A DNA stretch of 64,000 bases from Lama glama (lineage: Eukaryota). The stretch spans positions 38,938,001 to 39,002,000 of the forward strand of contig CM052817.1 of assembly GCA_028534125.1 (NCBI GenBank), in the 5' to 3' direction. Below the pieces are notes generated by a model that searched no databases, had not been told where the DNA came from, and saw only the letters and a program-made list of their open reading frames with translations. The translations under genes and the position numbers were made by a program. This document shows, in pieces, positions 37,120-49,664 of this stretch; the first letter of the stretch is position 1; each line of letters starts with the position of its first letter.

Positions 37120-40100
37120 CATCTATAATGACCCTCAATTTTACCAAATATATCCAAATTAAGACTAATTAGTTTGCAAAACAAGTCTGGTTAATTGATC
37201 ACATGGGCTTTTTAAAATTGGCTGTGCTGCAGCTTTTCATAAGGAATCTCAGATTAAACTTTAAAGGCCTCAGAAGGCCAGGAAAGCCACGTCAAGAGCT
37301 TTTCATCAGATCTGCATGGATGGATTTCTCTTTTCTAGATATTCCCAAAATGTCATGATTCCTGCACTTGCAGGAGGCAGTCTTTCCTATTTATCTAATA
37401 AGGCTGTCAGGAACCTAAGAGTTTGTAATTTCTGGAGGGATTAAGTAGAGGGAAAAGGTAAATGTTTTAATTCTGCTTATAAAGGTATAATTTGCCAAAT
37501 TGTTATAAATCATAATTAGCTTAAGGGGAAAGAATTCCTTATATCTGGAAAACACAGATTAAAAGCCAGTAATATTTCAGACAAAACCCAAAAATGTATA
37601 ACCATATTTATCAGTTCACTAAGTCCTGTGTAATTAGTCCTTTTTGTTAACAGTTTTATGAAACCATAGAGAAACTTAACCAAGTTCCTGTGTATTTTAA
37701 GATAATACTAGAATTATGACAGATAACATTATACCAGAACATATCCAAATTTTAGTAACTTCATGAGTCCTAGAATGCTTATTTTAATGACATTTATCCA
37801 TACACTATAATCTAAGAATGTTTATCACTATTATTTGACAATGCTTCCCATGTAATTTAACCTACCAAATAATCTTAATTAATTTGGTATTTTTTTCTGA
37901 GATACTTTGCAGCCCTCTGAGGTACACCCAAAATTAGCCAGAGACGAAGAGAACTTAATTAGAATTTGATACTTGGGAAGTTTGTCAAAAACATCAAAAA
38001 AGTTTTAAAACATTCGGTCAAATAGGATCATAGGTCACTGTGAAAATACTTATTCACTTAACCATATGGCAAAAGATTTCAAAAGCAAATACAGATCACT
38101 TAAAGGCAAAAAATATCACACAGTCTGTTATCAAAAGGACCAATATCTGGCAGACTATTTGTTTTAGGTCAACAAGAAATTCACAAGAAAATGTACAAAC
38201 ACAGAGGAAAGATCACATGTGGACACAGTGGGGAAGTGACCATCTGAAAGCCGAAGAGTCTTCAGAAGAAACGGACTCTACCTACTCCTTGGACTGTGGG
38301 AAAAATTAAGTTGTGGGGGAAAAAGGGAGCATTTCAAGAAAACTTTGTTTTCCCAAGCAGACAGAGAGTAAGCCAAACTCTTGCACTAGCTTACTTTTAA
38401 TAACAAAATTTATTTACTTAATTAAATTCAATTTAATCTTAGCCAATCTTGACCATGCTCCAAGACTTTTCTCAAGACTCCTTTTCCACAAACCTACCAT
38501 CACTTTCTATATTCAGATTAATTCATCCCTTCTTTTTCTGTCCATAAACAACCAGCCCTAGGACAAAATTGCCCTTCATTTTTCCAACAAATGTATTTCC
38601 ATTCTTCATGCCTTGTTTTACTGAAAACATTCATCCCACTTTCCTTGAGCATTGAAATGTTGCCCTTATTACTTCCAGTAGCTTTTAATTACATGTGTAT
38701 TACAATGTTTAACCCTTAAAAAAAAGGCAATCTCTAACAAAAACCAGGAAGCAAGCAATTGTAAACTGTCACACCAGTATTTCCTGACTGGCAAACTAAT
38801 GAATATATTCCATAATCTCTAAAAACATCCATTTCTCATACTTAATTTCTTTTTTCAATGTGATACAAGACATAGGTCTAATAAACCCAACATCTTTAGT
38901 TTTTCTTTCATAAGATAAAAGTAGGTAAACTTAGACTTGTCCAGCAGTCAATGTTCCCGTATTTTATCTTATTCAAAAATGATCTAGACCTTAATTTAGC
39001 AAAACTCTAAAGTTTCAAGTTACCAAAAATCTGGGAAAACAACTTTTAAGAAGACGTTCCTAAAACATAATTATTCCCAAAACGTTCACCTAAAAAGCTT
39101 TTAATCCCATTTATCTCTATTTCATTACTTATGAAAAATCATTATACGAAGTTAATTTTTCTTACTGACAATTTTTGCAACAGATATAACATGAACTTAT
39201 TGACTTTTAGTAAACCTAGGTACAATAAAAGTATTGTATTTAATATTGATAACTCTAAAGGCATGTCTGTATTAATTAAACCAAACTTAATCTAACTTTA
39301 ATACAAGATATTAATTTAATATTAAATATTCCCCAGAGCATGTGAATCTGAAATTCATTTGGGTTAGTTTCTGTTGTATGTAGAAATATTTGATTTGTAA
39401 GTGCTTACTTTCCTTTAAGCCAATTAAATAGAGCTCATTTGCCAGTTAATTTTTATAGAGATTTTTTTACAGAGATCTCAGCTTCATTCTAAAACTTAGT
39501 TATGAATCATACAATACAGTATAAAACTCATTAGTCTATAAATAAGAGTTGGAATAAGTTAAATGTACTCACTTGAGTTTAAAAACTCCTCTTTTCCTCT
39601 TTTTCTCCCTCTTCAGTTTAGTTTCTACTAATCGAGCCAAGGCAGTAGTTTCAGGCAAAGTGGACCATGTTTGAATTTCAAGGACATGTTAAGAGTTATA
39701 ACTTCAAGCTTTTTCGCAAGTATACTTTTGCACTCTTAGGATTAGGATATTGATAAAAACATTTTATCAATCCAGTTTTCCCTAACTCCATATGCAAAAA
39801 GACCAGTTTTGGAATTAAAAAGAAAAACAAAAAAACCTCCATCCTGGCCATTTTTTTCTGGTGTCTAAGGTATATTGTGACCACTCAGTGTTATTAAAAA
39901 AAAAATCATCTTTTTATGTTTCATGGATTCACAGCTAAAAGCAACCCTGTTTCAAAGAATATACCCAAGGGGGCTGTTTTCAGGGATGGAGTTGGTATAG
40001 CCATTTTATCATAGCTATAGTCAGTCCAATCTGTTAATATCTGGCCCACTGGGCTTTTTGCTGGTATAGACATTGATCTTCCCAAATTGACAGCTGCAAA

Positions 40101-40730
40101 AACATCTAAACCAAAAAAACTGAGCAAGGTACCTTAACCCAAACACAGGAAGGACCTTATACATCCTTATATACGGTATGGTAATAAAGTACGGGTACTT
40201 ATGTGTCCTTTTCCTAGCTTGTGGTAGCACAAAGTGACCCCAAAGGGTCCAAATGACAAAAATTAAAAAAAAAAAAGCCTCAGATGTTAGGAAAACAGGA
40301 GTCCCAGCATGTACACTGGTGGACTAATCTGACTGTAGAGCTCAGTAGTTCCTTTCCCAAACACATGTTTCTTTCTCACCAACTTCAGAAGCAAAAGTAG
40401 CAGCTGGTGCCAGGCAGGGAGAAAAGTGAGGCTTCCTGAGGCAAAACAGAGTCTTGGCAGCTGCTTGGAACCATCCGGAAAATCATTGCTCTGGTGTTGG
40501 CTAACTATGAGCAGCTAGCACCCCTGGGTTGTTGTAACCTTTTGTCCAGACAATGAATGGGCAGGTCCTGGTGTGCTGCCTTAGCCAGCTGCTCCACTAC
40601 AGGGAATTCTGAGTGAAGGAAGACCAGACACTGCAGGGGACACCACTCCTGGCTGGATCACCAGAAAATCTGTAACAGGATGAGGCTGGTTCAACTCCTC
40701 ATCACTCAAAAGGCCAATATGCAAGAGAGT
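37120..40730 (-). mobile_element. Non-autonomous ERV1 (MER4-group-like) internal region with tRNA-Arg PBS and a 5' LTR stub
   Basis: 37120-37640 is the reverse complement of 33800-34330-like sequence. Plus-strand actcctggctggatcacca (40645-40663) has 2 mismatches to the 3' end of tRNA-Arg(ACG). LTR terminus tgtaaca at 40671. Confidence 0.75.
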
Positions 40731-41163
40731 CCATTTCTAAGGTAGGAGCAGCGAGGTTGGTGAGGAAGAACAATATTTAGAAGGCAAAAGATGCAGGACT
40801 TGGGAACTGATTACATATATGAAAGTGACAGAAGGGGTTATTGACTCTCATATCCTTTCCTTGAACACCTGTGTAGGTTCTGATATCACATCTTATCCTG
40901 AAAGATCAAGAACTTGGAAGAGTATGTTTGACAGCAGAAATGAGTTCATTTTGGAGCATACTGATTTTGAGATACTACTCAAATAGTGAGATATGCTCCA
41001 TTTGATAGATATATAGGTGTGGAACTCAGGAAAAAAATGTGATAAAAAAAATTAGGGTTTATTTATATATAAGTAAAGTCTGATACCATGGAAGTAACAA
41101 TAACAAAGTCCTCCAAGGACATTGTGTGAAGTCTTGTTCCTCCAAGCACAGTCCATACACCCC

Positions 41164-41646
41164 TGTGAAAGCTGGCATCCAAGATGGCCCCAACCTCCAG
41201 GTATTCATGAACTTTTGTGGTCCCCTCCCACTCTAAATAAGGCTGACTTGTAGTAGCAGGATGTCATATAAATGACAGTGTGACTTCTGAGGTTGGGTCA
41301 TAGAGGACACTGTGGTTTTTCTTTTATTCTCTTGAATCACTAGCTCTGTGAAGAGTCAGCTTCCACATACCAAGGATATTGAAATTACCCAATGAATAGG
41401 AACAGAGAACTCCTTTCAACAGTCGTGTGGGTGAGCTGTACTTGAAGCAGGTGATCCCCTAATTGAACCTGAGATAACTACAGCCCTTGCCAACATTTTG
41501 CCAACAGTGTCACATGAGACCCTGAGCCCAAACCATCCAGCTCCCAGGTTTTCTGACCTTTCAGAAATTGTGTGAAACAATACAATTGCTGTGTTCAGCT
41601 GCTAAATTTTGAAGTACTTTGTATGCAGGAATAGATAACTAGTACA
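41164..41646 (+). mobile_element. MLT1E/F-type MaLR LTR
   Basis: ccaagatggcccc...gtgtgacttctgaggttgggtcatag...gctaaattttgaagtactttgtatgcaggaatagataactagtaca. Confidence 0.8.
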
Positions 41647-41649
41647 ATC

Positions 41650-41785
41650 AGCATCAAAGCTGTAATCTGGAAGTTTTCTGAAATGCGGAATCTCAGTCCC
41701 TACAGAGGACCTAATGAACTAGAATCTACAGTTTAACAGAGCCCCAGGTGATTTGTGTGCACATTAAACTTGAGAAATCCTAGTA
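41650..41785. mobile_element. MER5-type hAT element
   Basis: gaaatgcggaatctcagtccc...agaatctacagtttaacagagccccaggtgattt...ttgagaa. Confidence 0.7.
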
Positions 41786-42914
41786 CAGAGTTTAAAAAAA
41801 AAAAAGATAAGAGAGCCTAGGACAGTACTAATGGGAGAGGGGAGGACTACTATTCGAAAGTTGGCCAGAGAAAAAGAAGTGATACTGGTAGAGGAAAAGT
41901 TGCTAGAGAGGAAGGTGGGGCATCAGGAGAAATAAAATAACCAGGAGAAAGATTTGACAAGGAAGAGAGGAGGTTTCAAGAAGAAAGGAAATGTCAGTGT
42001 TATTAAATGATGCATAGAGACTGTGTGAGAAAGGAAAAAGAAGGTGGCCATTAATGTTGTGGTTATGCTTTTTAAAAAGTGTTTTTAAAAAAAATATTTT
42101 AGAGATAGGAACTGAAATATTTAAGGATGAAATGACATGATTTCTGGGATTTGCTTCAAAGTACTATAAGAGGGGAAGAAATGGTAGTATTGATGAGACA
42201 TACTTGGCCAAGAATAGGTAATTGTTGAAACTGGGGGATGGGTACATTATACTTGTTGGTCATTTTATGTATGTTTGTGATATCTCACATTAAAAAGCTT
42301 TAAAATGTCTTTTATAGATATCACTTTAGGAGATTATGGGGGACTCTTGTCACACTAAATTATTGTTTAAAGCAGAAGTCAGACTGCAGTGGGTTGAGGA
42401 GAGAAGATAACAAAAGAGGACAGTGAGTGGAGAGTATTCTTAGAAGTTTGATTTTGAAGGAAAGGAGAGAAAGCAGAAGCTTCAGGGGGAGTAAAGCTTA
42501 ACGTAGGGGTGTGAGAATGAGACAGCCAAAGGCTCTCTATAAAGAAAAAATCCACTTGTTGGGACCCACAAAAGCCACCAACATCAGCCTCAGGGCTCTG
42601 AGTCTTCCACCTGCTGTTCTGTAGCTTTGTTTGAAGACACTGTAAAATTTCTTTGAATTGCCTTAGAAGTCTCCAAACCTTTAGATAATTCAATGACCTG
42701 AACTGCAGTTAAAACAAACGTTTTCATAATCAGCTTACAGTGCTACGTATAGCACTCAAGTGGGGAAGGCATTGCCTCAGTTGAAATCTCAAACAGAAAT
42801 GAGTGGCCGAAAGTCCAGTAATTACCACTCACGGTGTTCTTATGAGGCTTAAGTAACATGAATAACAATGCTCAGTAAGTGTTACTTCTGTTTCCTTCCT
42901 TATTATAAAATGAC

Positions 42915-43180
42915 ACCTTCCAAAATGTGCTTCAAGGATACGAATCCTAAAGACTATTAAGTGTTACAAGAGAAAAGTGTTCCATGGTTAGATACATTTG
43001 GAATATGTTGGGTTAACAGTGACAGACCTATCTTTATCATAACGCTTCTCAAAGTCACTTGCATGCTGAAGTGCATAGAATATGAAATATTTTCCAAATG
43101 TATTTAACCCTAGAATTCTGTTGAAAAGGGGAACCTCTCAGGATTGCTGTTTCTCAGAAACTACTTTGAGAAATAACTAC
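42915..43180. mobile_element. MER103-like hAT-Charlie element
   Basis: gtgttccatggttagatacatttgg...tttccaaatgtatttaacc...gaaactactttgagaaa. Confidence 0.6.
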
Positions 43181-44044
43181 ACTAAATCATGTGATTCATA
43201 TAATCATCAAGTGACTCTGAGTGCATTTAAACACTTAGCGGCAACAGTTCCTTACAGAGAAGTGCTCGCTTTTGCTTTTCTGATCTTACCAGTTACTAGT
43301 AAATAGCTATGTATTCTGAACAATAAAACACATCCTCCATGAGTCATTCATAAAAACTCATAAGGATACCAAATTCCCAGTTCTCTAGCATAACGAGTTT
43401 TTTGTTTGTTTTTCGTTTTTGTACCCTATTCTTTCATAGAGTCTTAGGAAATAGTTTTCTGTAGTGGTTAAGATATCAGTTCAGAAATCTGATAGCCAAT
43501 GTAGATTTAGAACCTAGCTGTGATATTTTGGACAAATCTCTTGGAGAAAACTGAGCCTCAATGTTATTATCCATAAAATGGAGATAAACTATAGTCATGT
43601 TATACTTTCTAAGTTTTATATACATTAGTTAGCTGTCTAGTAAGTTCTATTTTAGTAATATTCTCTTGTCAGTTTAGCTATTTACAAGTAATATCTTTGC
43701 TTCCTTTATAAAATCTCTACACATATTATTAAAGAAAAAAATGAGCACCCAGGACTGAGAGGGCTTCACCAGCCTACACTGAAGAAAGACCCTGCTGCTA
43801 AGATTAAGTGAGCAAATCTGAGTCTCTCAATGAATGGTCAACCTCCTAGGGATGGGGCTGGAGATTGGGACCTGTTTGGAGAAATGTCAAGAGTGGATAA
43901 AGTCAGAGGACACACGTAACATCACATCCATGGAAAATCACCAAGGGTAAAGCTGGAGAAACCAAATCTGTCATCAGGTGGTAGGGATGATGATGATGAT
44001 GGGAGAAGAGGTGGCAGGCAGGGCTGGAACCAGAGGCTGACTTG

Positions 44045-44523
44045 TGTAGGGATTCAGAATATGTCACTCCAAATCAGGCCACTTTGGCATATGGATTATT
44101 TTGAATTAAAGGTACTTGAGAAATAGCCGGTGCAAGAACACTCAGGCTCTCTTTTATCTTCCTGAAAGCAGGAGATAAATCCCCCACCTGAAAGGTACCA
44201 GGAGGGTGGAAGATATCCTTATCACCAAAGATAGGGAATTCAGGGCCAAGAAGACTCATATAGGTTTATATAACAAACCCCGTTACTTCTTCACCATTCT
44301 ACTACCACTAGCTCACATCCCTTTGTCTTATTAATTCTTCACAAATTTATTGTTTCTTTGTCTAAAAGGCAATAAAAGCTTTCTACTGTAGTCACTTCTT
44401 TGAATCTCATAACTTTGTTGGAACTCCCATGTGTATTAATTAGTTTTTCTTCGGGTTAATCTTTTTAGTAGAGAAAGGTCTCAGCCAAGAACCTAGAGGG
44501 AAAATTACTTTTCCTCCCCTACA
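44045..44523 (+). mobile_element. MER34-like ERV1 solo LTR
   Basis: Terminal inverted repeats tgtaggg...ccctaca; ccactttggcatatggattattttga; flanks cttg/attg look like a 4-bp TSD with 1 mismatch. Confidence 0.85.
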
Positions 44524-44826
44524 ATTGAGTACATTCAAGAAACAAAGCAGGAACAATTTGGAAGAGTTCAAACCTTTGCTGCAAACACGGCTGAGTCACC
44601 CTGAGCTCTCACTACTGCGTGCTGGCTGCAGGGTAGATGAGTGGTTTGGTCTGAGTGTAAAGCCTTGCGTCCCAGCCAGGAGGTGCCTCAGCCAGTCTGC
44701 GTTTGGTTGCCCAACTCATTACAGATCCATTAGCTACTTAGTGAGTCACTGCTTCCCTCTTAGGCTCCTTCTTTACTTCCTCCCATATTCTTACTTCCAA
44801 ATGTTACTTGCAAACCCTTTACCATT

Positions 44827-45266
44827 TGTATGAGTCAGGGTTCTCCTGAGAAAGAGAGCCGGTCGGATAGATTTGGATATGTAGATACAGAGAGAGGAAA
44901 AGAGAGAGAGATTTACTGAAAGGAACTGGCTCATGTAGTTGTGGGGGCTAGCAAGTTCAAAATCTGCAGGGTTGGCTGGCAGACTGGAGCCCTGGGGGAG
45001 ACCTTATGCAGCAATTCAAGTCCAAAAGCAGTTGGCTGGCAGAATTCCCTCTTTGGCAAAGGTCAATCTTTTTTAAAATTAAGACCTTCCACTGATTGGA
45101 TGAGGCCCACCCACATTAGGGAGCATGATCTACTTCAATCAAAGTGTACAGATTTAAATGTTAATCTCATTTGGAAAATACCTTCACAGAAACATCTAGA
45201 ATAATATTTGACCAAATATCTGGGTACTGTGGACTAGCCAAGTTGACACATAAAATTAATATCACG
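44827..45266 (-). mobile_element. MLT2C/D-type ERVL LTR
   Basis: gtcagggttctcc...actgattggatgaggcccacccacatt...agccaagttgacacataaaattaatatcac. Confidence 0.88.
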
Positions 45267-46957
45267 CTATTCTTTCTTCTTTCACCAAAAGCTCCCTAGC
45301 TGCTTCTACCAGTTAGCATATTAAAAAGAGAATTAGGTTGATTCTTGGAAACTGGAAACTCATCTTAGAGCTGCGTATTAATTTTTATGCTCTCATTATT
45401 GGGTTCTCACATTAGCCTGGCCTAATTTCCACTACCAGGAATAGGATGTGTGCTGTGCTAATGGGAAATGATATATTTAGTGTTTTGTATGATCATTCTT
45501 TAGTGTCTATGTCCCTTTTATTGGATGAGAGCCCACATGGAGTAAGTAGCTGGATGGAAGTATCCTTTTTGCTTACCCATGCATTAGGAATAAAAGAGAA
45601 AAAATATGTGTGCGCCCAGGAAAAAAAAATCCATTATTTTACAGTTATTTATGGTATTATAATCAATACAATAACTTTCAAGTACCTTCTAGTTAGTAAG
45701 CTCCAAAGAAGATAAAGTAATTTCATATCCCCTGAAACTAGCATCTTCTTCCACATTGGGTTCAAATCCAATTATGCTTTAAAGTGACACATGCTCCTTC
45801 ATAAAGTTTAACAACTAAGTATTCACTTTGCTGGGCAATGTAATTAGCAAAATAATTAACATAATATAATTAAACAAGGGCAATTGTTTTCAAACTTTAC
45901 AACTATATTATGCTTAGCAGATAGATAATATTTTTTGAATTACAGTCATTTTAATCAAGTCAGTGGCTAAAGACCACAATCAATTTAATTTCCACAACAT
46001 GTTAAATAGCCCTATTCAGTTTACAGAATATAATGGTGTGAAACCAATCTTTTGAAGCATTTAGACATTTTGCTTTGTTGACATGTGGAAAAAGGTAACA
46101 TGTTCAAGTCAATCTATTTACCCCCATTAAAAGGATGACAGATAACACAGACTCCTTAAAGGTGGAGTCTAAATCTCCTACTTTTCCAAACAAGGGGATT
46201 TAACACAATGTTTTAGTTTAAATGATGAAGAAAATCTGATTGGTGTTCTTGGCATGAACCAGGGAGCAGCCTGTTCTATCCCAGTTAGAAATGGCTAATC
46301 TCCTTGGTACCTTGTGGTTTCTTTAGCAACAGGAAGGGCACGTGATCATGGAAATGGGTACACTTTGTTTTATTTCCTCTAACTCTTTCAGTGGTTTATG
46401 AACTTCGATGAAACAGCTTACACTCCCAAAAAAGGAAATACAGGTTTCCCTCACTATCTGAAAGAAGAGCATTCCTATGAAACATTAAAAAAAAATACGA
46501 TACCTTTTGTAAGTAAGCCAAAATGATGTAAAGTGAAGAAGCAATGATTTTAGAGCACAGCTTTCTGATGGATGGACAAAATAAATTGAGATAAAGCACA
46601 GATGCTCATGGACACAGTTCAAAGCCGTAATGGCTGATGCTGAGTGTAGTTCCCAGGGAAAGAGCTTGGCGGTGCCACTCTGGCCAGGGGTGCACGCTGC
46701 CTCTACAATGGCTGGCTGCAAAACAAACTCTGAATGCTATTTTTGCCGCCTTTTTTTTGGAAAAGGGAAAATCCTCCTGGGATTTCTTTTGGTTAGTGGA
46801 AACAGGTGCTAATGGAGGTCTTTCCTAATAGCAAAGTGGTGTAAAGCAAATTTTTGTAATGCAAAGCTGTATAGTTTACAGAAAAGCAAATATAAATGTC
46901 CCTAAACCTATGAAGAGAACATGCAAGTGAGGACCATGCAAATTAAAACTATACTGA

Positions 46958-47432
46958 TGTCGACTGAAATAAATGCGCAGCCTGAAAGTCGAGACTCATG
47001 TTTTATATGGTGAGAGGACTCGAGCCAGGATGACAGCCTCTCAGATGGCTCTGAGGGACTGCTCCAAAGAGGTTGGGGAGGAGCTAGGATATATAGGAGC
47101 TTTACAACAAAGACCAGGTAGTTGAAATAATAAAAGATGACTTGTTATCTAAAGAAAGCCAGGCATCTCAAGTTAAAGAATTTAGTGCTTTTCTATGTAT
47201 GGGAGGAAGCAAACATTTGGGCTCACTGAATTCATTCCTTTGACAAGCACCTAGCTATCTAGGGCCAGTAACCTCTCCTTTCTTATTCTGAGTCCGCTCC
47301 GAGTGCACCATTGTGAGTGGCTGCAGAGGCTGGGCTGCAGGTCTGTCCTCACTGGGGGGTGGTAGCAGCCGCTGATGACTTGGTTTCAGCATTCTTTGTT
47401 TACTGATATGGTTGCAGTTATTTTCGTTCACA
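46958..47432 (-). mobile_element. Relatively young ERV1 solo LTR (MER41-like, lineage-specific)
   Basis: TG...CA termini; flanks ctga/gtga; gacagcctctcaga...ctctgagggactgctccaaagag; aagaatttagtgcttttctatgtatgggag. Confidence 0.85.
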
Positions 47433-47911
47433 GTGACATGCCACATTTCATCTTGACAGGCAAAAATCCAAAGGAGAATGAGCCTTGTTGTGTGAGTGAG
47501 ACTGTGGGGAAAGTCACTATCACTTGCTGCTGTCGGGATTGCAAAATGTCGTAACACGTACAGCAGGGAGACTGCCCTGTCTCCAAACAGTAAAATGCAT
47601 TCATTCTTTTTTTTTTTTTTTCCCGTCTCTGTACTTTTCTATACTGTGACAGGCTAACCCTTTTGGAAGTCCTCACCCAAATTTCCCTATTAGCTGCCTT
47701 GTAAACAACTACGACACTTAAGTGGTTTGTTAATAGACAAATTGGCTCAGTGGCACCACAGACAAGTCCACTGGATATGCTGGGCTTCTAGTCTGTCTCT
47801 CCTGAATCCTTAAGTCTCCAAAGTTTGCACATGGTTGAGGGGAAGACATTTCCTAGAGTTTTGAAATACAGGCCATAAGTGAGAAGTGTACAGAAATAGC
47901 ATTGTTATAAT

Positions 47912-48070
47912 TAGTGGATCCCAAACCTGAGTGATCATCAGAATCATCTGAGGTGCTTTTAAAATTAATGCAAATTCCTTGGCCCCACTGCAGATCAGTT
48001 ACATCAGAATCTCAGGTGTGAGGGCTGGCAATCTGTCCTTTGACGATCCATCAGGTTGGGTAATCACTGA
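47912..48070. mobile_element. MER5A-like hAT element
   Basis: catcagaatcatctgaggtgctt...aatgcaaattccttggcccc...catcagaatctc. Confidence 0.75.
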
Positions 48071-49664
48071 CTGACCTTAAACAGTTTCTCAAGTTGCTAC
48101 ATGTGATCTAGATCACAGAGATGTCAGCATGCAGTCCTCTAAAATAACCATTGGAATAACAATAGCGACAATACAACAACAACAATATGATAAAACAATA
48201 GCACATACTTTTCTAGTGTTTACTAGCAGCCAGGTACTGTTTCAAACACTTCACGTTTGTTAACTCTTTGAATCTTCCTAGCAATGCATAAGGTAGGTAC
48301 TTCATTACTTCAACTTTTCAGATGCAGAACCCGAGGCACAAAATGATTAAATTAATCTGTCCAAGGTGGCAGTTCCCAGAGGTATCACGTGAACAGCGGC
48401 CACCTGGCTCTGGGGTCTGTGTCCTCAAGTAAGAGCCCTGCGGTCACTTGTTTTTGGGAAATCCTGCTCTCTCATAGTCAACAGTATATCGGTACAAAGC
48501 TTTCAGAAGTCTCTGTTAATGATCCTGTTTAATGTTTCATAAATTTAGCTCCAGAACCCTTTTATTTATAACATGTATTAACATCTTGAGGAACTTGTAT
48601 TTCAAGAGAGACACAAAATGATCACAGTCTGATAAACAATAATGTGGAGCTAGGGTGTCTTGATTACTTTTGATTATGGCATTTTTTTTCTTTTTTAGAT
48701 AATATGTGGACCTTGACCTGGAGTCCAGAGACTTAAGTTTCAGTTCAGGCTCTCACCCTACTGGCTGTTTCCTCTTGACCAATGATTCAACACCATGGAC
48801 AGTCATTTCCTCTAGTGTGAAATGAAAAGGCTGGACTGATTGCCCGGTTCCCTTCCAGCATTAGCCTGTGATTTTTGTGTGGATGTTCCATGAGTGATGT
48901 TGAATGGATCCACTTATTTTCACTAAGAAGAGTGGACTTTAACAGGAGAAATTTAGGTACGTTTTAAGAAAAACATTCTGAACGTAAGGATTACATGACT
49001 TTGAAACATTTTACCGTGAAAGTGTCCTTATAATAATAGCAACAACAACTAACAGTCAGGCTGCTACAGTTTACTAAGCTCTTCCACCTCCATGTGCCAC
49101 AGTCGGCATCCGTGTAGGTGGAGATTACTATCATTCCCATTTTAAAGATGAATAACTAAGGTTCAGTGAGAACAAGAGCCAGTAAATAGTTGAGCTGGTA
49201 TTTTCAATCCATTACTTTTAGTTCCAAATCCCTCATTCTTTCATGTTTCTCACATGACCTTTAGTTTACATGGTGACTGGCATCCTACTGACCAGGCTAG
49301 ACTGGCATCCATGTGGTAGATTTTGAATGTAGAACTTTTGGAATGTAGGGGATGATCTTTTGGTTTCAGGTAAGTCCTGATAATCTTTAAAAATGTTCTT
49401 TTGTTTTTTTCCCCTGTTTTTATTTTCAATAGGTTTCTTTTTTCCAATAAAGACATAGGTAAACAATATATAGGGCATAAAGCAATTCAAAGAACAGTGT
49501 CTACTGAGGTGTTGGGATTCTAGCCATAGTGATAATGGTGGTGATGTTGTTTATACTTGTGATAAATTCTTATCATCATCATCATCACCATTGTCAAGTC
49601 CTGCTTTGTTAGATCTAGTTAGGGTATTTTTCTGGATTATCTATATTCCTATACAGAAAATCAC

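Larger units (their letters stand above)
40780..42480. mobile_element. Fragmented minus-strand L2 interrupted by MLT1, MER5 and an L1M 3' piece (~42100-42300)
   Basis: gagttcattttggagcatactgattttgagata...; gtcagtgttattaaatgatgcatagag; ctgggatttgcttcaaa. Confidence 0.55.
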
